A DNA stretch of 64,000 nt from Mustelus asterias (Eukaryota), in the NCBI RefSeq assembly GCF_964213995.1, contig NC_135811.1:96038001-96102000 (forward strand), read 5' to 3'. Below the pieces are notes generated by a model. The model was not told the origin of the DNA. It was given only the letters and a program-made list of their open reading frames with translations, and did not search any database. Below are positions 43,163 through 56,511 of this stretch, piece after piece (position 1 is the stretch's first letter; every line of letters begins with the position of its first letter). Position numbers and translations under genes: made by a program.

Positions 43163-43329
43163 ATGGGTTGGAGGCAGCTTTGGGTCAGGAGTCACCCTCT
43201 CAATCATCCCAAACCCACCTGCTTTTTGATAACAATATGTCCCACATCCCTGCATCAGGAAGCAGAAAAGCACGAGAATTTCTGCTCCTGCTTGCTTAAT
43301 AGATTGTTAACTAATAATACCGTTGGTAT

Positions 43330-43640
43330 ACAGGACTCAATTTCAAAATTTGTAGATGCTACGATACCTGGAAGCATTGTGAACTGTGAGGAGGATAGTG
43401 TCGAACTTCAAGGAGACATAGACAAGTTGATGGAATGGGCAGACAGATAGCAGATGAAGTACAGTATGGAGAAATGTGAGGTGATTTATTTTGGTCGGTG
43501 GAGCATTGAGCGACAATATAAAATAAAGGGTATATCTCTGAAGGGGGAGCAGGAGCAGAAGGACCTGTATGTGCATAAGTCATTGAAGGTGGCCGGACAG
43601 GTTGAGAGATCAGCTAATGAAGCATACAGTATCCTAGGCA
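43330..43640 (+). mobile_element. CR1 RT fragment
   Basis: ISKFVDAT...LQGDIDKLMEWADR*QMKY..EKCEVI. Confidence 0.8.
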
Positions 43641-44176
43641 GGAGAATGGCACCAAGTGAAATGGACATTTGGAGAGTCGGTGCCGACACCATGGACCAAG
43701 TGGCTTCCTGCGCTGCAACAATCTTGTGAATTCTGTGATTCTACTTTTGCCTAATTTCTTCGATCCCTTTGCACCATTCCTGAAGGTTTCAAATTCTTGG
43801 CTGGGTCTAGTTGTACAGTTACATTCTGCTAGCTTGTCCATGGGTGTTTGTTATTCCGGCTCTTTCAACATATAACCAAAAAAGAAAGGCTAAGATTTAT
43901 TTTGTGCCTTTCTCAACTTTGGACATCCCAAAGCACTTCACAGCCAATTAAGTATTTTCAAAGTATAGTCCCTGTTGTAAAGGAACCGAGCAGCCAGTTT
44001 GCACACGGCAAGCTCCCACAATGGAATGGTCGAGATCTAGTTGCCCCGTTCGCCACGGGTGCAAATCCCGTTCTGACCATTAAATCTTGCAAGAGCCAAA
44101 ATGGGGTTTGCGCCGGTGAGATCCCAGTTTAAGATCTTCCGTGCCAATGATGTGATCAGGCACATGCCCTTTAATT

Positions 44177-44488
44177 CATAGAATCACAGAACCCTACAGT
44201 GCACTAGGAGGCCATTTGGCCCATCGAGCCTGCACCGTCAACAATCCTACCCAGTCCCTATCCCTGTAACCCCATGTATTTACCCTGCTAATCCCCCTGA
44301 CACTAAGGAGCAATTTAGCATGGCCAATCAACCTAACCCACACATCTTTGGACTGTGGGACAAAACCAGAGCAAACCCACACAGACACGGGTAGACCGTG
44401 CAAACAGACAGTCAGCCGAGGCCGGGATTGAACCCGGGTCACTGGCGCTGTGAGGCAGCAGTGCTAACCACGGTGCCACCATGCTGCC
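44177..44488 (-). mobile_element. V-SINE
   Basis: Head, V-domain, tail. Confidence 0.88.
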
Positions 44489-45508
44489 TGTATAAAGTTA
44501 AATGTAATTAAATGGCCATAAGACAATGGGCGTGATCTTACCGGCTGTTCACGCCAGGTTCACGCTGCAGCGAAGTCGGAGAATTTGGTGCCCAGCCAAA
44601 TCTCCGTTTACTACAACAGGATGGGAAAATCCAGCCAGCTTGAACAGCCATAACATTAGTGCTGTAGTGTCGTCCCATGATGCACCCTCCTCTGCTCATC
44701 CCACTAGCTTGCCTGACCTTGATGTTGGAGACCTCTCTGGCAACAAGGTGCAACTACAACTGAGAACTTCAAAAAAAAGTTATTCCCATTTTGCATTTTT
44801 CTTCCATGCTGTGTATAAACTTGCTAATTGATAAGCGACTCACCAATGTTTCAATAAAAATTAAACTGCTTTCGCATTTGACTCTGACCCTGCCTGCGAT
44901 TTGCATTTAAGCAGAGAAGATTTTTCCTGCTTGTAACTTTAGCCTGCACAGTCCAGTTGACCGTTTCCCAGTGAAATGGTAATTGGCCACTGTATTCTGT
45001 TCCTAGACTGCTGCTTGTGTTACTCTTGTTTTCACTTTGGAGAGTGTATGATGTAACTCAGGGTAACTGACTATCTACATTGCGGGTTTAAGTTAAGCCT
45101 ACTTGATACTGCAGAGTAGAAGTTGGGGAACTGCTGCATGGGGAATTCTGCATCTTGCCTCCATTCTTGCTGTGTTAATGACTTTTATGGAGGTGTTTGT
45201 TCCCTAATCCATCCAATTAATTAATGCGAAGCTTTTTTTATTTGACCCGAGTTTACCAATTTTTTAACTGAATGACATCAGCATTTTCACACTATAAGTA
45301 ATATTTAACGGTACTATATGTACAGGTAACCATGATTTGTGATTGAACAATAAAACAAACTCAATTATTTTGGAGAGGACCAAAGTCTGTGTGTGTGTAT
45401 GTGTGTGTATATATATCCAGTAAGCGTCCTTAGCTGTTAATTTTGTGACACATGCAATGTATTGAAATCGATAGATAATGGAGTAACAATAATGCCTATT
45501 CTTTCTAT

Positions 45509-46285
45509 GGATTTGATTTGATTTATTATTGTCACGTACATTGAAAAGCATTGTTTCTTGCACGCTATACAGCCAAAACATTGCATTCATAGAGTACATC
45601 GGGGAGAAGGAAATGATCAGGTGTAGAATGTAGTAATACAAACATAGCTAGGGTGTAGAGAAAGATCAACTTAATATAAGGTAGGTCCATTCAAAAGTCC
45701 GATGGCAACAAGGAAGAAGCTCGGTTTGTAGGTACGTGACCTCAGAATTTTGTATCTTTTTTCTGACTGAAGAAGGTGGAAGAGAGAATGTCCGGGGTGT
45801 GTGGGGTCCTTGATTATGCTGGCTGCTTTGCTGAGGCAGTGGGGAATATAGACAGAGTCAGTGGATGGAAGGCTGATTTGTTTGCTGGACTGGGCTGCGT
45901 TCATAACCCTTTGTAGTTTCTTGTGGTCTTGGTCAGAGCAGGAGCCATACCACGCTGTGATACATCCAGAAAGGATTTTTTCAATGGTGCATCTGTAAAA
46001 ATTGGTGAGAGTCGTAGTGGACATGCCAAATTTCCTTAGTCTTCTGAGAAAGTGGTGGTGTTGGTAGGCTTTCTTAACTATAGCGTTGGCGTGGAGAGAC
46101 CAGAACAGGTTGTTGGTGATCTGAACACCTAGAAATGTGAAGCTCTTGACCATTTCCACTTCATCCCTGTTGATGTAGACAGGGGCTTATCCCCACTATG
46201 CTTCCTGAAGTCAATGACCATCTCCTTCGTTTTACTGACACTGAGGGAGAGATTATTGTCGTTGCACCAGTTCACCAGATTCTTG
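45509..46285 (-). mobile_element. Rex1/Babar LINE 3' fragment
   Basis: VKSFTFLGVQI..LRRLRKFG..FYRCTIEKILSGCITAWYG..IIKDPTHPGH; (ATCAA)n tail. Confidence 0.9.
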
Positions 46286-46652
46286 CTCCCAATGTTGCAT
46301 TGACATCTTCATCAGCCAATTCCAACATGCACAGCTACAAGATGTAATGTTCCCTCTGACTGGGCGTGAGAAAATTTAAGTGGGTTTATTTTTATCCTGA
46401 GAGGAGATGAACATCTCATTACAAGTATTAAAATGAGTCAGTAATCAGTACGTATGGGAGGGAGAAAAATAAAGTTATTCAGAGAAACTCGAGTCTAGGT
46501 GCTCTTTTGTTCCAAGTTAAATTACTTTATTCATCTTCAGCATAATAGGCACAAAGTTCATATTAATGAGTGTTTTACAAAATTGTATTCACAAAACATT
46601 TGTCGTCAAGTTATCAAATTAATCTATTTGATATTATTAGGAAACGTAACAA

Positions 46653-46803
46653 GGAGCTCCCTCCCTAACAGCACAGTGGGTGTACCTACACCTCATGGAC
46701 TGTAGCAATTCAAAAAGGCAGCTCACCACCACCTTCTCGAGGGCAATTAGGGATGGGCAATAGATGCTGGCTTTGCCAGCAAAGCCCACATCTCATGAAT
46801 GAC
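46653..46803 (+). mobile_element. L2-type LINE 3' end
   Basis: CTCCCTAACAGCACAGTGGGTGTACCTAC...GCAGCTCACCACCACCTTCTCGAGGGCAATTAGGGATGGGCAATA; second copy ~52320-52465. Confidence 0.7.
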
Positions 46804-48481
46804 CTTTTTAAAAAGTTGCTTAGATAAATAAATAGGAACAGTTCAAACTCAAAAACAAAATTGAATTTGTCCAGGACATCTATATTTCTTTGTCAGATTT
46901 TAATGCTCCCATTGTGTTCCTTCCTTCTTTACACAAAAGAAAGAACATTTTGAAAGTAAGGCCTATTCAAGGAACATATCTGCATATTAAGAAAAATTTT
47001 CCCTATAATGTTTGGAAAATCATTAAATTGCCTACAGAATTTCCTTTTTTTATTCATTCGTGGGACATGGGCTGGGCCAGCATTTATTGCCCATCCCGAG
47101 TTGCCCTTGAAACCGCCCTTTTCAGAGGGCAGTTGAGAGTCATCCACATTGCTGTGGGTCTGGAGTCACATGAAGGCCAGACCAGGTAAGGACGGTCTAG
47201 CGATAATACCACTAGGCTCCTATGATTTGACACTGCATCTATTTTTGCAGATGTGACTTTGCAAATGGGGGCCTTTATGTCTGACCCTCGTGCAATTTGC
47301 CATTGAATCCAACTATAGTCCAGCAGTTAAAGAGTTAACAAGGAAGCATTCGCCACCCCCCTCCCTCCCTCCCTGCTTGACTCACACAGCACAGCAGGCG
47401 ATGGATATCTTTTCAAATAATAGCAAGCTGAAGTCATATTTCTCTAAGCCTTCCTTGTTAAATGGCTGTTAGTTCCAACATAAAGCTTTGTAAAATCAAA
47501 TGGTCCCTGTCATAGTCCTACATTTTCATTTTTTTTCCCCCAGCGGAATGTACTGCTCTCTTAAAAGCACAAAACATCCCCAAAAATGGAGTTTATTGGC
47601 AATGTGTCTGTGATACCTGGCACGGCTCCTACATAAGAGTATGTGAAGCATTTGACTGTTATTGCAATGCATAGCTGATACTGTTGCCTTAAAAGGTAAT
47701 GTATCTTTTCAAATTTAAACTCTATCAATAATAAAACAAAAAAATTATCTGCCAAAGTCCGTGACTCACGAGGCACTTATTGTAAAATGAGTTTTAAACT
47801 CACTGACGTAGGATTGCTGGATAGCCTTTACTCAAGTCCCAGTTTCAATTCTGGATTTCCACGTTTGAACATCTAAACCTGTGGTTTTGTTCTAAATATT
47901 CGGTTAGTCTCCCAGCGAGATCTGTGGTGAATATGTTGCTGGCTACAATATTGAGCTTCTTTTGAAAATAATAATCAGAATAAGGCTGGCTGGTGGCTGA
48001 AAAGATACTTAAACCCCCCCTGCTGTCAAACCGTTGCCTGGGTTAACTGGGAGTAAATGTTATAATTGAGCTCATGATCTATGAGTTAGGGGGAGGTTCG
48101 GAGGGGGTGACCTGTGTGTCTTGTCAGGCATGGCAGTTTTCGGGAAGGACTGTGATTGGGCCGGGATGCTCTCATTTACATAATACAAATCAAACCAAGG
48201 ATGCTTTGCAATTTGCAGCAATCGGTGAGCATAGTGGGCACCGCACATGTGTACCAGGCAGTGAATAGCCTATGCAGCCATCCTTTAAGGGGCCGCTACC
48301 GACCACCCAAGGAAAGACCCCAAAATATATTTTTTGTGTGGGATCAGGAAGTCTCTCTGGCGCTACACCTAATACTGCAGCCTTTACCAGGTGCCAGCCT
48401 CTACCCCCCTCCCCCCCCATCCCCCCTCCTCCCACCCCACTCCACTGCCTCCGGTGTTGGTCAATTCGCAGCAATAAACTT

Positions 48482-48660
48482 ACATTTATGTAGCACCTTC
48501 CAGGACCCCAAGATGTCCCGAAACGCTTTACAGCCAATTAAGGACTTTTGACATGTGGTCAGTGTAATTAAGTCGGAGATGCGGCAGGCAATATATGAAC
48601 AGCCAGGTCACACAGACTGCAATGTAACCATGCTGGCTGAGTGGTATTATCGCTAGACTG
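48482..48660. repeat. DeuSINE-like tail fragment plus SINE head, duplicated at 49943-50120
   Basis: CACCTTCCAGGACC.CAAGATGTCCC..ACAGCCAATTAAGGACTTTTGAC..GAGTGGTATTATC.CTAGACT in both copies. Confidence 0.8.
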
Positions 48661-48709
48661 TGGCAGAGGGCAAGTCTGGCACCCGCAGATCACTGGCCAT
48701 GCTGGAATG

Positions 48710-48910
48710 GTAAGAAGTCTCACAACTACCAGGTTAAAGTCCAACTGGTTTATTTGGTAGCACGAGCTTTCGGAGTCTCGCTCCTTCTTCAGGTGAAGAA
48801 GGAGTGAGACTCCGAAAGCTTGTGATTCCAAATAAGCCTGAGGGACTTTAACCTGGTGTTGTGAGACTTCTTACTGTGCCCACCCCAGTCCAACGCCGGC
48901 ATCTCCACAT
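48710..48910. mobile_element. PLE family A hairpin
   Basis: Inverted arms; TSD CATGC(T)TGGAATG 48698-48709/48911-48923. Confidence 0.82.
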
Positions 48911-50091
48911 CATGCTTGGAATGAGATATGGATATGAATACAGTTTGAATTCCTGACCCCAGCTTTGGTTGGGCAATACTGTCGCTCTGATCATTTTGCA
49001 CCTACTTCAGGCAAAAGGCAATTAACTCTCCATCGCACATAATATCAGGGGCAGGAAAATGGAGGGTGGGGAACTGTCAGGGTAAGTAACCACAAAAAGT
49101 CTCAGCTGCTAATTAATAGGAACAAGGGTTTATTCAAAGATAAACCGCATTAAGAATGACAATTGGAAAGCATATCATTCACACCTCACTCAAAGTATGT
49201 GTAGGTTTGTTCTCGGTATGATTTGTTTTGTTTTCCTGTAAACCGTAGCTCAAGATTTATATTGCACACAGGAGTAGGTTTGATTAGCAGAAAAGCACTT
49301 AAAATTAATGCACTCAAATCTGTTAAAGGGTTGCGGTAGCCTTTCTGGGCCACAGATTGCAGTTTGCTTTACATATTACAGGACAACCATGAATTGAGGC
49401 ATGTTCTGTAGTCTACACACAGTTAATTTGTATATTGATGATTGTGATCAATAGCAATCTACAAAGAGTCAATTTCACACAAAGTTGTTGCGTTTCACTC
49501 CTGAGAAAGGCTTGTGGTCCCCAGAAGGTTAACTGTGTTTCAGTCGCAGCTAACTTGGCTCTCACCTTCTGAGTATTGGACTTCCTTTGTGGTTTCCAAA
49601 ATACCCAGAAACTGGAAAATATTTTTATGCCCATTACTGGCACAAATCCTTATTGTTTTAAAACAGCTCAAGTAATAGATTTTAGTCCTACTACAGCAGA
49701 GTAACACAGTTGTCTAGTGTACAGTAATACTTGCAGGCATGTGGGTCACATATAAAGTAGCATAAAGCTTATTTCATATTCAGCTGCTGCGATAATATGA
49801 AACTGATTCATCTACTCAACAGAAAAGCTGGTTTAGAAGTGGGTACTAACCCTTTCCCTCCAGAGCATGATTCATAGCTCTGATAATTTTGATATTTATG
49901 GCACATACTCTCACAATGAGACCATTTTTTCAAGGAAGGCTCACATTTATATAACACCTTCCAGGACCTCAAGATGTCCCAGAATGCTTCACAGCCAATT
50001 AAGGACTTTTGACGTGTGGTCAGTGTAATTAAGTCGGAGATGTGCTGGGCAATTTATGAACAGCCAGTTCACACAAACAGCAATGTTACCA

Positions 50092-50438
50092 TGATGGTCG
50101 AGTGGTATTATCACTAGACTATTAATCCAGAAACTCAGCTAATGTTCTGGGGACCTGGGTTCGAATCCTGCCAAGGCAGATGGTGAAATTTGAATTCAAT
50201 CAAAAATATCTGGAATTAAGAATCGACTGATGACCATGAAACCATTGTCGATTGCCGGAAAAACCCATCTGGTTCACTAATGTCCTTTAGGGAAGGAAAT
50301 CTGCCGTTCTTACCTGGTCTGGCCTACATTTGACTCCAGAGCCACAGCAATGTGGTTGACTCTCAACTGCCCTCAGGCAATTAGGATCAGCAATAAATGC
50401 TAGCCAGCCAGCGACACTCATATCCCAGGAATGAATTT
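50092..50438 (+). mobile_element. tRNA-derived SINE with L2-type tail
   Basis: B box GGTTCGAATCC; tail GGCAATTAGG...AATAAATGCT...GAATGAAT shared with L2 ends; related fragments at ~37095-37475, ~47046-47200, ~53480-53645. Confidence 0.8.
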
Positions 50439-50590
50439 TAAAAATGACCAAAAGATCTGCTGGTATAAATTGGGTGTCTGGATTTTGCTGCAGACACAAT
50501 CATATCCAGATACAGATCAAGGTGCTGGGAAATTCTGGGAATATAATGATGATAACAAAAGAAATCTTTGACCAATGTCCATATTATGAT

Positions 50591-50884
50591 TCACATTTTG
50601 AAACCATTCAATGATTCAGACTCCACCGCGCTATGGGGCAGCGAGTTCCACAAATTCACCACCCTCTGCGAGAAGTAGTTCCTCCTCATCTCAGTTTTAA
50701 ATCTACCGCCTCTCAACCTATTCCTGTGACCTCTTGTTCGAGATTGCCCTATAAAAGGAAACATTTGGTCTACATTTACTTTATCAATCCCTTTTAAAAT
50801 GTTAATATTCCTCAATCAGATCCCCTCTCATCTTTCTAAACTCCAGCGATTATAAGTCCAAACTGTTTAGTCTCTCCTCATACG
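50591..50884 (-). mobile_element. CR1 fragment
   Basis: SRTRGHR..FKTEMRRNYFSQRVVNLWNSLP. Confidence 0.88.
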
Positions 50885-51268
50885 TCAGCCATCGACAGCG
50901 GCGAGACCAGAAGATCCCACTGCCGGCCAATGGCAGGTCATCTCCTCTGCCGCGAAACACGCCGTGGGGAGTGTGGAAAGTCCTGCCCTACGTGACTGTG
51001 ACAAAGGTAAACAATCTCCGACTCCATCCTTTTCAAGGATGCAATCTTCAACATAGTCGACCACAACATTCTCCTCCAGCACCTCATCCTCCTCTGTGAT
51101 CCAGCTGAGTTTTGGATATTCTACAGAAGGGGTGGCTTATCTTCAAACATCACAAGGTGAATGAACGGCTAATCCACTGATGGGTGGTCATTTCTTTGTT
51201 GCCACTCACTCAAAAACTACCACTGGAGTCCACATGAAAGCCATGAGCTGAAGTCAGTATAAATTGAG

Positions 51269-51504
51269 TGTGCAGCCAAAAGAGAAAATGCTGGAAAATC
51301 TCAGCAGGTCTGGCAGCATCTGTAAGGAGAGAAAAGAGCTGACGTTTCGAGTAGAGATGATCCTTTGTCAAAGCTTTGGCAAACGGTCATCTGGACTCAA
51401 AACATCAGCTCTTTTCTCTCCTTACAGATGCTGCCAGACCTGCTGAGATTTTCCAGCATTTTCTCTTTCGGTTTCAGATTCCAGCACCCGCAGTAATTTG
51501 CGTT
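51269..51504. mobile_element. PLE family B hairpin
   Basis: Inverted arms ~51278-51370/51378-51469; TSD TATAAATTGAG 51258-51268/51505-51515. Confidence 0.8.
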
Positions 51505-51642
51505 TATAAATTGAGGGTGTGACTTCTGTAATCTGAGGAATATATAGGTACAGCAACTAGAATATTCAAAATGCTGTGCTCCTAACAAAATGCTTTACCT
51601 TTAACATTTGTTACTGAAATCTCTAATCACAGCAGCCTCTTA

Positions 51643-51875
51643 ATGTTCTCCCCGTGTCTGCGTGGGTTTCCTCCGGGTGCTCCAGTTTGCTCCCACAGTC
51701 CAAAGATATGCGGGTTAGGTCAATTGGCCATGCTAAATTGCTCCTTAGTGTCCCAAGATGTGTAGGTTAGATGGATGCTAAATGTATGGGGTTACAGGGA
51801 TAGGACAGGGCAGAGGACCTGGTACAGACTCGATGGGCCAAACGGCCTCTTCTGCACTGTAGGGATTCTATGATG
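51643..51875 (+). mobile_element. 5'-truncated V-SINE
   Basis: V-domain and tail. Confidence 0.85.
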
Positions 51876-52654
51876 TTCTATTGTTTGTGCATATTGCTGA
51901 AACAATCTTAATCAAAGAAACATTGTTGCTTGGCGGTAAAATGTAGTCAGCAATCACCCTATTGTTGAACACTGTTGGGGTTTGGTTTATACCATCACAA
52001 ATCGCAGTAATTGAAGCAACTGCTTGAATGCACTGACTGTCTTTTCTCTCACCCACCTTTGTTACCTGATAAATATGTGCCCCGACAAACAACCTGGACA
52101 AATTTAAACAAGCAGTGTTCCAGGGTGTGCAAGAAAACATGCAAGAAGCACCTCGTGAAGGAAGAACAAGCCAATTAAAAATAGAAAAGGTGAAAACAAT
52201 AGAAGAGCAGCCAAAGCAATAATAGACACCCATAAACTAATTAGGCAGCTCCTAACATCTCCATGAAAAGGTATTTGACAAATCTTCTTTTCCTCTGTCA
52301 AAGGAGAGAGGGGTTTTCAGCACTGTGGGTGTACCTACGTCTCAGAGACTGCAGCGATTCAAGAAGGCAGCTCACCACAACCATCTCAAGGACAACAAGG
52401 CATGGGCAAGGCAAGGCATGCTGGTCTAGCCAGCGACACTCACATCCCCTAAATGATTTTTTTAAAGATTAGCTCAAATGTCGAGTTGGCGAATGTGTGG
52501 ATCAGATGGGTGCCAACAATAGGTTTTATCCCTACCCTGACTGAGATGGAATAAAGACCTGCCTCCTCATCTTGCCCTTGTTACGATCATGGTAAAGACA
52601 TGGTTTGGCACCCCTCGAATCACGGATGCTACAGAAAGAGAGTAGCCACAAGTG

Positions 52655-52935
52655 CCATAGAATCATCATAGAATCATCATAGAATCCTTACAGTGCAGAA
52701 GGAAGTCATTCAGCCCATCGAGTCTGCACTGACAACAATACCACTCAAGCCCTATCTCCGTAACCCCATGTATTTACCCTGCTAGCCTCCCTTAAGGGCA
52801 ATTTAGCATGACCAACCCACCCAACCCGCAATCTTTGGAGTGTGGGAGGAAATCGGAGCATCCAGTTCAAGCCATGTCATAGAAATCATCATAGAAACCC
52901 TACAGTGCAGAAGGAGGCCATTCAGCCCATCAAGT
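52655..52935 (-). mobile_element. Two V-SINE 3' fragments
   Basis: (CATAGAAT)n tails. Confidence 0.8.
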
Positions 52936-53649
52936 TCCAGTGGGTAAGGTGAATTCCGAAGCCACGTACACCGCTGGATCATGTTTATTTTTTCAAGTAA
53001 CACAGACGTGCCTTTAATGAAGAGTGAGCCTTGCCAGAGAATTAAAAGAGGGGGAAAGCCAGGAAATAAAGTCCAAAAATGTGAACCAGATGCTTGCAAA
53101 AAAAATGAAGTAACATTCCACTCCTTCAGTCCCCATGATTTCACTGGGAAGTCAATACTTTGTGCGGGACCAGAGCAAGCATCAAGAATATTCCAGGCTA
53201 GATTTTACATCTGTGCTAAATTAGCTAATCTCTTACAATACAGCAGCTGAGGTGTTACCATTACGCTAACTCCCCCGCGTTAAAAAAGCCACTGTGATTG
53301 CTGCTCTTGAAGGTTATCCAGTAACTACAGCTGGAGAAGGCTTGCATTGGGAGGTCGGGTGAGAGCCAATTTGGCTGTAATTCTGCACCCCACCCCAATA
53401 ACAACTACCATTTATATGACACCTTAACACAAGGAAAGCACATAGGAAAAAAACAATAACAATGGGCTATGAAACACAATGGCATCGTGGTAATGTCGCC
53501 AGACTAATGGATTCAGAGTCAGGTTAATAGTCTTGAGACACTTGTTCGAATCCCACTGTGGCAGGAGGTGAAATTTTAATTCAATAAATAAAATCTGGAA
53601 CAGGAAACTCAATTCAGTAATGGTGGCTATGAAACTATCGTTGATTTTG

Positions 53650-54132
53650 GGTGGCACAGTGGTCAGCACCGCTGCCTCACAGCTCCAGCAATCTGGGTTC
53701 AATTCTGGCCTTGGGTCACTCTCTGTGTGGAGTTCACACATTCTCCCCGTGTCTGCGTGTGTTTCCTCCGGGTGCTCTGGTTTCCTCCCACACAAAGATG
53801 TGCAGGTTAGGTGGATTGGCCATGCTAAATTGCCCCTAGAGTCCCAAGATGTGCAAGTTAGATGGACTAGCCATTGGAAATGTGTGGGGTTATGGGGATA
53901 GGGTGGGGGAGAGGGCATGGGTAAGATGCTCTGTCAGAGAGTTAGTGCAGACACGATGGCCGGGACTCTACATCTCGCCCACCATGGAACCGGCGCGGGT
54001 GATGGTCCAACAACGGAAATCTCCGTTAACCTCGGGTGGGAATTTCCAGTCTCGCCTGAGTGAGGCCGTAAAACCCCGCCTGATGGGCCAAATGGCCTCT
54101 CCTGCACTGTAGAAATTCTATGGTTCTATGAT
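53650..54132 (+). mobile_element. V-SINE with nested MITE (~53957-54080)
   Basis: SINE tail split at GATGG...TGATGGGCC by a GC-rich insert. Confidence 0.8.
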
Positions 54133-54244
54133 TGTTATTATTATTATTGTTCTATAACTCCAAGCCATTAAAGGAAAGTGAGGACAACTCGGTGAGTGAA
54201 AGCAAGGTCAAAGATTTTGAAAGGATATTAGAGAAGGAGGGAGA

Positions 54245-54460
54245 ATGCGTTTCCTCTGGGTGCTCCGGTTTCCTCCCACAATCCAAAGATGTGCAGGTTA
54301 GGTGGATTGGCCATGCTAATTTGCCCCTTAGTATCAGGGGGACTAGCTAGGGTAAATGCAGGGGGATATAGGGATAGAGCCTGGGTGGGATAGTGGTCGG
54401 TGCAGATTCGATGGGCTGAATGGCCTCCTTCTGCACTGTATGATTCTATGATTCTATGAC
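54245..54460 (+). mobile_element. 5'-truncated V-SINE
   Basis: V-domain end and tail. Confidence 0.85.
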
Positions 54461-55336
54461 AGGTTTAGAGAGTGAATTTTCGAGAGTGGGAGTGAAGTAG
54501 CTGAAGGTTCTGCAGTTAAAGGAGCGGATACACTAGAGATCTGAGTCATATGCCTGAAGGGTTTGGAGTGGATATTAGGGTGGAGCAGGTTTCAGAGATG
54601 GGAGGGGAGACAAGGTTGAGGATTTTGGTTTGAATCCACAGGGGGACAGCTACAGGAGTCCCACCCAGAAAGACAAACCCTAAAATTAGGATTAAAACCC
54701 AGAAATATCAACAGTAATAACCTAGAGATCTGGTATGACATATGCTGCCTATGTGCAGATTTGAGGGAGAGGACATTTTACTTTCGCTCCCTACTAATAA
54801 ACACCATCGGCATAAGAGGCAACATTCAGCCAACTGATCACACGTGATACTGACGGGTTCAGCCGGTAAGACCTGGCAACTCCTTCCAGTATTTACTCCA
54901 CGAAGACACTTGTACATACTTCGCTTTTACTTGATGTGTTTATACTGTTTCCTTCCAATGTGTTCTGCCAATGTGTGTAAAACATATTTACATAAAAACC
55001 CTGGTTTCTTCAGGGCTGAGGGAGCACATTACTTCTGATCTAAATTATGGAAAAAATACTAACCCAGAAATTCTGATAGATTGGGGTGCAGGGGAGAGGG
55101 TTGGGGGGGGGGGAGGGTGAGGGGGTTTGGGGGAGCGGGTGGGATGAGGGGAGAGGGTGAGGGTATTTGGGGTAGGGGGAGGGGAAGGGGAGGGTGAGGG
55201 GGGTTGGGGGTAGCGGGTGGGGGTAAGGGGGGAGGGTGAGGGGGGGACACTTTGGATAACATCACCAACCGTAATGGTAAAATTCAGCAGCTGTCTGGCT
55301 AAATGTATCCTCCAATGTCGATGGTGTTTATGAATA

Positions 55337-55662
55337 GGGCGGCACGGTGGCACAGTGGTTAGCACAGCGCCAGGGACCCGGGTTCAATTCCGGCCTCGGG
55401 TGACTGTGTAGAGTTTGCCTGTTCTCATCGTGTCTGCGTGGGTTTCCTCCGGGTGCTCCAGTTTCCTGCCACAGTCCAAAGATGTGTGGGTTCGGTTGAT
55501 TGGCTGTGCTAAATTGCCCCTCGTGTCAGGGGGATTAGCAGGATAAATGTGTGGGGTTACAGAAACAGGGCCTGGGTGGGATTGTGGTCGGTGCAGACTC
55601 GATGGGACGAATGGCCTCCTTCTGTACTGTAGGGATACTATGATTCTATTCTATGATTCTAA
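55337..55662 (+). mobile_element. V-SINE
   Basis: Head, V-domain, tail. Confidence 0.9.
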
Positions 55663-56341
55663 AAGTGTTTGTTTGTTCACGAGAGCACATTATTTTGGAT
55701 CCAAATTAGAGAAACAATATAAATCCAAAAATTCAGATAGATTGGGGTGTAGGGGAGAGAGCGTAGGGGTGTGGGTGGAGAGTGAGGGGAGAGGGGGGGG
55801 AGCGCTTTGGATAACATCACCAACCGTAATGGCAAAATTCAGTAGATGTCTGACTGAGGTTGGTTGGAAGTTATAGGGCACAAATATTTCAATAACAACT
55901 TTTTAAGATAAAATCTTTTATCTGGCGCAGAATCGTTCCTGTTGTGTCTGAACATGTCTCCAATTGCATTGCAACCGCCGCTCATTTTCCAGCTGTGTAT
56001 GTGTCATTGCCGGGTAGCAGCCGGTCCTGGTGAGTGACAGTGGTCCTGCCAAGGGTGGTGAACGTGGTATTGGTGAGTGGTTAGTGAGTGAAGGCTTGGA
56101 AGGGGCATTTGGGGTTGTGGGTGCGGGGTGGGGGGAGAGGGGGTGGGGAGGGGGGGGGAGCAACAGTATTGCCAGGGAACTGCCTGTCTGGAACATGCTG
56201 GAGGGTATTGGCTTGGGTTCTGTGAGAAGCAGCTATTTATTTGGAATACTCGAATAATGTACCGAAGATAGAGCAACGTGCTGGTTTGACCTCACTGCAC
56301 TGCCTTATGAGTTTTAATTATTATAATATATTTCTTTACGC

Positions 56342-56476
56342 GGGTCAGATTCTCTGACCTCGCCCGCGGCTGGGATTCTTCAGTCCCGCTGCAGTCAATG
56401 GAGATTTGGCTGAGTGCCAAATTCTCTATTCTCGCTGGCAGCGGCGATGGGGTGTGAACGGCTGGAGAATTTCAGC
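56342..56476. mobile_element. ~135 bp MITE
   Basis: Imperfect terminal inverted repeats; reverse-complement copy at 63856-63990, relatives at ~21835-21950 and ~44528-44660. Confidence 0.65.
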
Positions 56477-56511
56477 AATGGACTCCTTGCAAGTGTTTGA
56501 ACAGCCTAACA

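Noticed and set aside
55045-55365. Proline-rich ORFs
   Set aside because: Artefact of low-complexity G/C tracts
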